DNA from: Escherichia coli
GTDB lineage: Bacteria > Pseudomonadota > Gammaproteobacteria > Enterobacterales > Enterobacteriaceae
Strand: one strand, 5' to 3'
Length of the DNA stretch: 64,000 nucleotides
Assembly (NCBI RefSeq): GCF_003019035.1
Contig: NZ_CP027447.1
The position numbers and the translations under genes are program-made. This document shows positions 60,027 to 64,000 of the stretch, in pieces; position 1 is the stretch's first letter, and the number at the start of each line of letters is the position of its first letter. The notes beneath the pieces are model-generated. The model searched no databases and was not told the origin of the DNA. It saw only the letters and a program-made list of their open reading frames with translations.

Positions 60027-62270
60027 TCAGGCACTTTCGCGAATGGGTTCGATTTCATTCAGCGTATCAATTAACGGTTGCGGCTTACCAATAAGATAAC
60101 CCTGCATATAATCGATCCCCAAAGAGAACACCGCCTCGCGGATCTCTTCGTTTTCAACGTACTCTGCCACTACCCGCATTTTCTTCATTCGCGCCAGGTG
60201 GCAAATCGACGCCACTATCTGATAATCCAGACTATTTGACACAATATTGCGGATAAAACTGCCGTCAATTTTAAGCAAATCGGCATTCACATTTTTAAGC
60301 CGCGCATAGCTGGCATAGCCGGTGCCGAAATCATCAATCGCAATCTGGCAGCCTAATTCCTGAAGATGCTGCAAGGTGATTTGCGCCTGCTTAACATTTG
60401 TCAGAGCATTACTTTCGGTGACTTCAAAAATAAGTTGCCACGCTTCAATTTGATATTTAGCCAGCAGCTGACTGACTTCAACGGGAAAACGAGCCTGACA
60501 TACCGAGGTTGGCGACAGATTAATCGCAAAACGGTGAGCGGGCATCTTCGCTCTGTTTTCAGCCATAAATTGCAGCGTATGCTCAATGACCCACATGTCG
60601 ATACTCGACGATAAACCAAATTCGTGCGCGACCGGCAAGAAGCTGTCGGGGCTGATCAGTTCATCATTCTCACCTTTCATGCGCAGAAGAATTTCATGGT
60701 AAACATCACCACGCATACCGGTAATCGGCTGGGCCATCAGGAAAAAATGGTTGTGTTCCAGCGCCTGCTGTAGCCGATTCATCATCGCGACTTTATCTTT
60801 CAATTCGCGTTGCAAATACATTGCCCCGCGACGCTGCATATTTTCCGGGGCGTTGGTCACGATGGAAAGCTCGGCGACCGTATTTAGCTCTCCCAGCAGC
60901 AGGTAGATATGATTCACTGGCGAGCGCACATAGCAGTAACTGACGCCAATCTGCGGTTGCATCGGCATTCCATCCCAAAAGAAACGAAATTGCTTGAGAT
61001 GGCTATCCAGTTCGGTAATGCGCTCCTGGTGCGATTCTGTATTCAGTCGCAGCGCGAGATCGTTACCCGAAAGCTGATAAACATCTTCACCCGGTTCCAG
61101 CAAGGGTGACAGCCAGTGAGAAAGTTTTTGCTTGTATTGAATCCGTAGCATGATGCCATAGTTCTTAACCAGCATTTCCATTCCAGGGATGCGTAAATAA
61201 CAAAGCGCAGACCAGGGGGCATCACGCAACGCGCGATTCAGGGCGCGAACATTTGGCAGATGAACCACCGGGTCCACATACGCAAGCCGCTGAATGCGTC
61301 TGACTACCGCTCGCTGACGGGTTGCCAGTACAGCCATATAATTGACAATAAAAGAGAATACCAGATAACTGGAGGAGGTTATGGTCAGCTGCGTGGTATA
61401 GCCAGGATAAATGGGAATGTAATTTTGATAGCTGTGGATGCTGATCATCAACACGACCGCCCAGAGCAATGAAATCAGCTTATAACCATAGCGCATCGCT
61501 CCCCACATCATCAGGGGCAGCAATAATGACAAGGTATAGTTGGTGCTAAAAATTGTGCTTTTTTCATTTAACGGCATGCATAACAGCAACAACAACGCAC
61601 CTAATGCCAGTAGCCAGAGCGCGAACTCTTTTTTGGTGACTTTGACATCAACCTGCTGTTTTAATTGCGAATAATAGCTGCGTAAATAACACGGATTTCG
61701 CACCACTCGAATGATGAAGTAGCACAGCGGGACACCGATCAGATTACCCACCAGTAAGGCCTGATAATTGATTAATGTCCCGAGGTTAAAAGGCATGACG
61801 CCGACCAGATTTTCTCTACTCGCCAGTAATCCTACAAACGCAGCAAACTGGAAAAGTATCAGAAACAGCGTTGCAGGAAACACAATCTGCCAGAATATAC
61901 GCTGGGAAATTAAACGGGTATCACCATGTGAAACGTTGTTACGCCGGGGAGTAAAGACCCTGTAACCGCCCCAACAGAGAATGATAATGATAATAAAATT
62001 AGCCGTTAATGAGAGCGTTTCGTAAAAACCCAGCTCTGCATATTTGCGGACAAAAATCCCTAAGGCGATCCCTGGCAATGCCGCCCAGCTGAAAAACATC
62101 ATCATGCTGATCATCAGTGCCAGAGGCAGATAAAAGAGAAAAACCTCACCGGAAGAAATATGCGCGAAAGTATTGATGTGGCCGAAAATGGGCAAGATTA
62201 AAGAAGGCAGGAACAGCGGAAGCCCCCACCATTTATCACGTATTTTTATATAAGTTGCATTCAGTTTCAT
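60027..62270 (-). CDS. pdeF: c-di-GMP phosphodiesterase PdeF (YfgF; membrane MASE1, degenerate GGDEF, EAL)
   Basis: 747-aa ORF with N-terminal membrane domain and C-terminal EAL domain. Confidence 0.92.
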   Translation of the reverse strand: MKLNATYIKIRDKWWGLPLFLPSLILPIFGHINTFAHISSGEVFLFYLPLALMISMMMFFSWAALPGIALGIFVRKYAELGFYETLSLTANFIIIIILCWGGYRVFTPRRNNVSHGDTRLISQRIFWQIVFPATLFLILFQFAAFVGLLASRENLVGVMPFNLGTLINYQALLVGNLIGVPLCYFIIRVVRNPCYLRSYYSQLKQQVDVKVTKKEFALWLLALGALLLLLCMPLNEKSTIFSTNYTLSLLLPLMMWGAMRYGYKLISLLWAVVLMISIHSYQNYIPIYPGYTTQLTITSSSYLVFSFIVNYMAVLATRQRAVVRRIQRLAYVDPVVHLPNVRALNRALRDAPWSALCYLRIPGMEMLVKNYGIMLRIQYKQKLSHWLSPLLEPGEDVYQLSGNDLALRLNTESHQERITELDSHLKQFRFFWDGMPMQPQIGVSYCYVRSPVNHIYLLLGELNTVAELSIVTNAPENMQRRGAMYLQRELKDKVAMMNRLQQALEHNHFFLMAQPITGMRGDVYHEILLRMKGENDELISPDSFLPVAHEFGLSSSIDMWVIEHTLQFMAENRAKMPAHRFAINLSPTSVCQARFPVEVSQLLAKYQIEAWQLIFEVTESNALTNVKQAQITLQHLQELGCQIAIDDFGTGYASYARLKNVNADLLKIDGSFIRNIVSNSLDYQIVASICHLARMKKMRVVAEYVENEEIREAVFSLGIDYMQGYLIGKPQPLIDTLNEIEPIRESA

Positions 62271-62621
62271 AGATGCTCAGCAGAATCCCCCACATCCTGA
62301 AGGAGGTGTATTCAGACAGGCATCCCACCTGACTTCGAATGATGATTATTCATCACTATAGAGAGCATTGATTCTAAGTGTCATATGAAAGTTCCAATTG
62401 ATATATATCAAACAAAATAACCCTGATTAATGAATTATTACGTTTATCATGTTAATTCATCATTATTACATCATCATTGTAAATAATTAAATTAACTTCC
62501 ATAACATTAAAATATGTATCCACTGACGCTTTTTTACATAACGAAGAATTGACCATTTTGTCCTGTTGTGCCTTAATGTAAGTACCGTCCACAGCGTGGG
62601 ACATACTTCAAGGAACCTTTT

Positions 62622-62813
62622 GTGAGTCAGGCAACCAGTATGCGAAAACGACACCGATTTAACAGTCGCATGACCCGTATCGTACTGCTCATCAGCTTTA
62701 TCTTCTTCTTTGGCCGTTTTATCTACTCGTCCGTCGGTGCATGGCAGCACCATCAGAGCAAAAAAGAAGCTCAGCAATCCACACTCTCCGTCGAATCACC
62801 GGTACAACGTTAG
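62622..62813 (+). CDS. yfgG: Small membrane protein YfgG
   Basis: 63-aa ORF MSQATSMRKRHRFNSRMTRIVLLISFIFFF; probable GTG start. Confidence 0.8.
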   Translation: MSQATSMRKRHRFNSRMTRIVLLISFIFFFGRFIYSSVGAWQHHQSKKEAQQSTLSVESPVQR

Positions 62814-63123
62814 CGGTTACCTTCTCCACTTTCACAGAACATAACGGCACCTCGCTGTCGGATGCTTTTGCTCTTTGGGATTATCAAAGCGGCAGATATT
62901 CTTTCATCTTAAATTTTACGTCTTTGTCCTGACTGATGTTTATCCTGTTTGGCTGCGAAATAAATATAAAATTAATACATATGTTTTAATGATGTATTTT
63001 TATAAATTATTTTCCACATGAATTTTAATAAATTTAATCTATTCCTTTATACGCAATACATTTACTTTCCTCTTTTGATGATCTTAAATGTCTTATTTTT
63101 CGTAATGTGTATAACAAGGAATA

Positions 63124-63642
63124 GTGATGAAATTTAAAAAATGTCTTCTGCCTGTGGCAATGTTAGCGTCATTCACTCTGGCAGGATGCCAGTCAAATGC
63201 TGATGATCATGCCGCCGATGTTTATCAAACCGATCAACTGAATACCAAACAAGAAACTAAAACCGTTAATATTATTTCCATTCTTCCCGCAAAAGTTGCC
63301 GTAGACAACTCCCAAAATAAACGAAACGCACAAGCCTTCGGCGCGCTTATTGGTGCAGTCGCTGGCGGTGTAATCGGCCACAACGTGGGGTCTGGCAGCA
63401 ATTCCGGAACGACGGCAGGTGCAGTTGGCGGCGGAGCTGTTGGCGCGGCAGCGGGTTCTATGGTGAATGATAAAACCTTAGTGGAAGGTGTTTCTCTAAC
63501 GTATAAGGAAGGCACCAAAGTGTATACCTCCACCCAGGTGGGTAAAGAGTGCCAGTTTACGACAGGTTTAGCCGTTGTTATTACCACGACGTATAACGAA
63601 ACGCGTATTCAGCCAAATACCAAATGTCCTGAAAAGAGCTAA
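63124..63642 (+). CDS. yfgH: Outer membrane lipoprotein YfgH (glycine-zipper)
   Basis: 172-aa ORF with lipobox LAGC and Gly-rich zipper (GALIGAVAGGVIGHNVG). Confidence 0.9.
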   Translation: MMKFKKCLLPVAMLASFTLAGCQSNADDHAADVYQTDQLNTKQETKTVNIISILPAKVAVDNSQNKRNAQAFGALIGAVAGGVIGHNVGSGSNSGTTAGAVGGGAVGAAAGSMVNDKTLVEGVSLTYKEGTKVYTSTQVGKECQFTTGLAVVITTTYNETRIQPNTKCPEKS

Positions 63643-63657
63643 TAATCAGGAGGAGTC

Positions 63658-64000
63658 ATGAAGAAAGTTTTTCTTTGCGCCATCTTAGCCTCCTTAAGCT
63701 ATCCGGCTATCGCCTCATCATTGCAGGATCAACTCTCTGCTGTCGCAGAAGCGGAACAGCAAGGTAAAAATGAAGAGCAAAGGCAGCATGACGAATGGGT
63801 CGCGGAGCGCAACAGGGAAATCCAGCAAGAGAAGCAACGTCGCGCAAACGCCCAGGCCGCCGCTAACAAAAGAGCGGCAACGGCAGCGGCAAATAAGAAA
63901 GCTCGTCAGGATAAACTGGACGCCGAAGCCTCTGCGGACAAAAAACGCGATCAAAGTTATGAAGATGAGCTACGCAGCTTAGAGATTCAGAAACAAAAAC
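63658..64000 (+). CDS. yfgI: Periplasmic protein YfgI, partial (N-terminal part; continues beyond window end)
   Basis: ATG at 63658 preceded by AGGAGT; MKKVFLCAILASLSYPAIASSLQDQ signal peptide; open to the window end so absent from the ORF track. Confidence 0.8.
   Translation, partial: MKKVFLCAILASLSYPAIASSLQDQLSAVAEAEQQGKNEEQRQHDEWVAERNREIQQEKQRRANAQAAANKRAATAAANKKARQDKLDAEASADKKRDQSYEDELRSLEIQKQK

Overview
This window is a contiguous stretch of Escherichia coli chromosome, collinear with the K-12 map as I recall it from the distal eut operon through maeB-talA-tktB, narQ-acrD, dapE, purC-bamC-dapA, the complete hyf (hydrogenase-4) operon, hda-uraA-upp, purMN and ppk-ppx to pdeF-yfgGHI. Gene identities rest on recognising the translated products and operon order; no database search was run. 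The one departure from the K-12 order is a roughly 2.3 kb insertion between eutS and maeB (7108-9434). It carries two plus-strand genes behind an AT-rich leader: a GT-B glycosyltransferase and a 301-aa protein of unknown function that looks like a five-bladed beta-propeller glycosidase or phosphorylase. That two-gene cassette is the best candidate for an undescribed system here, and its function is inferred only. The rest is core metabolism with recognisable regulatory signals (sigma-54 promoter for hyf, BaeR box for acrD, PurR boxes, the upp T-tract promoter, REP elements, terminators). No tRNA, rRNA, CRISPR array, integrase or IS element was seen. Start codons are derived from the ORF track by offset and may be off where an alternative start is used.
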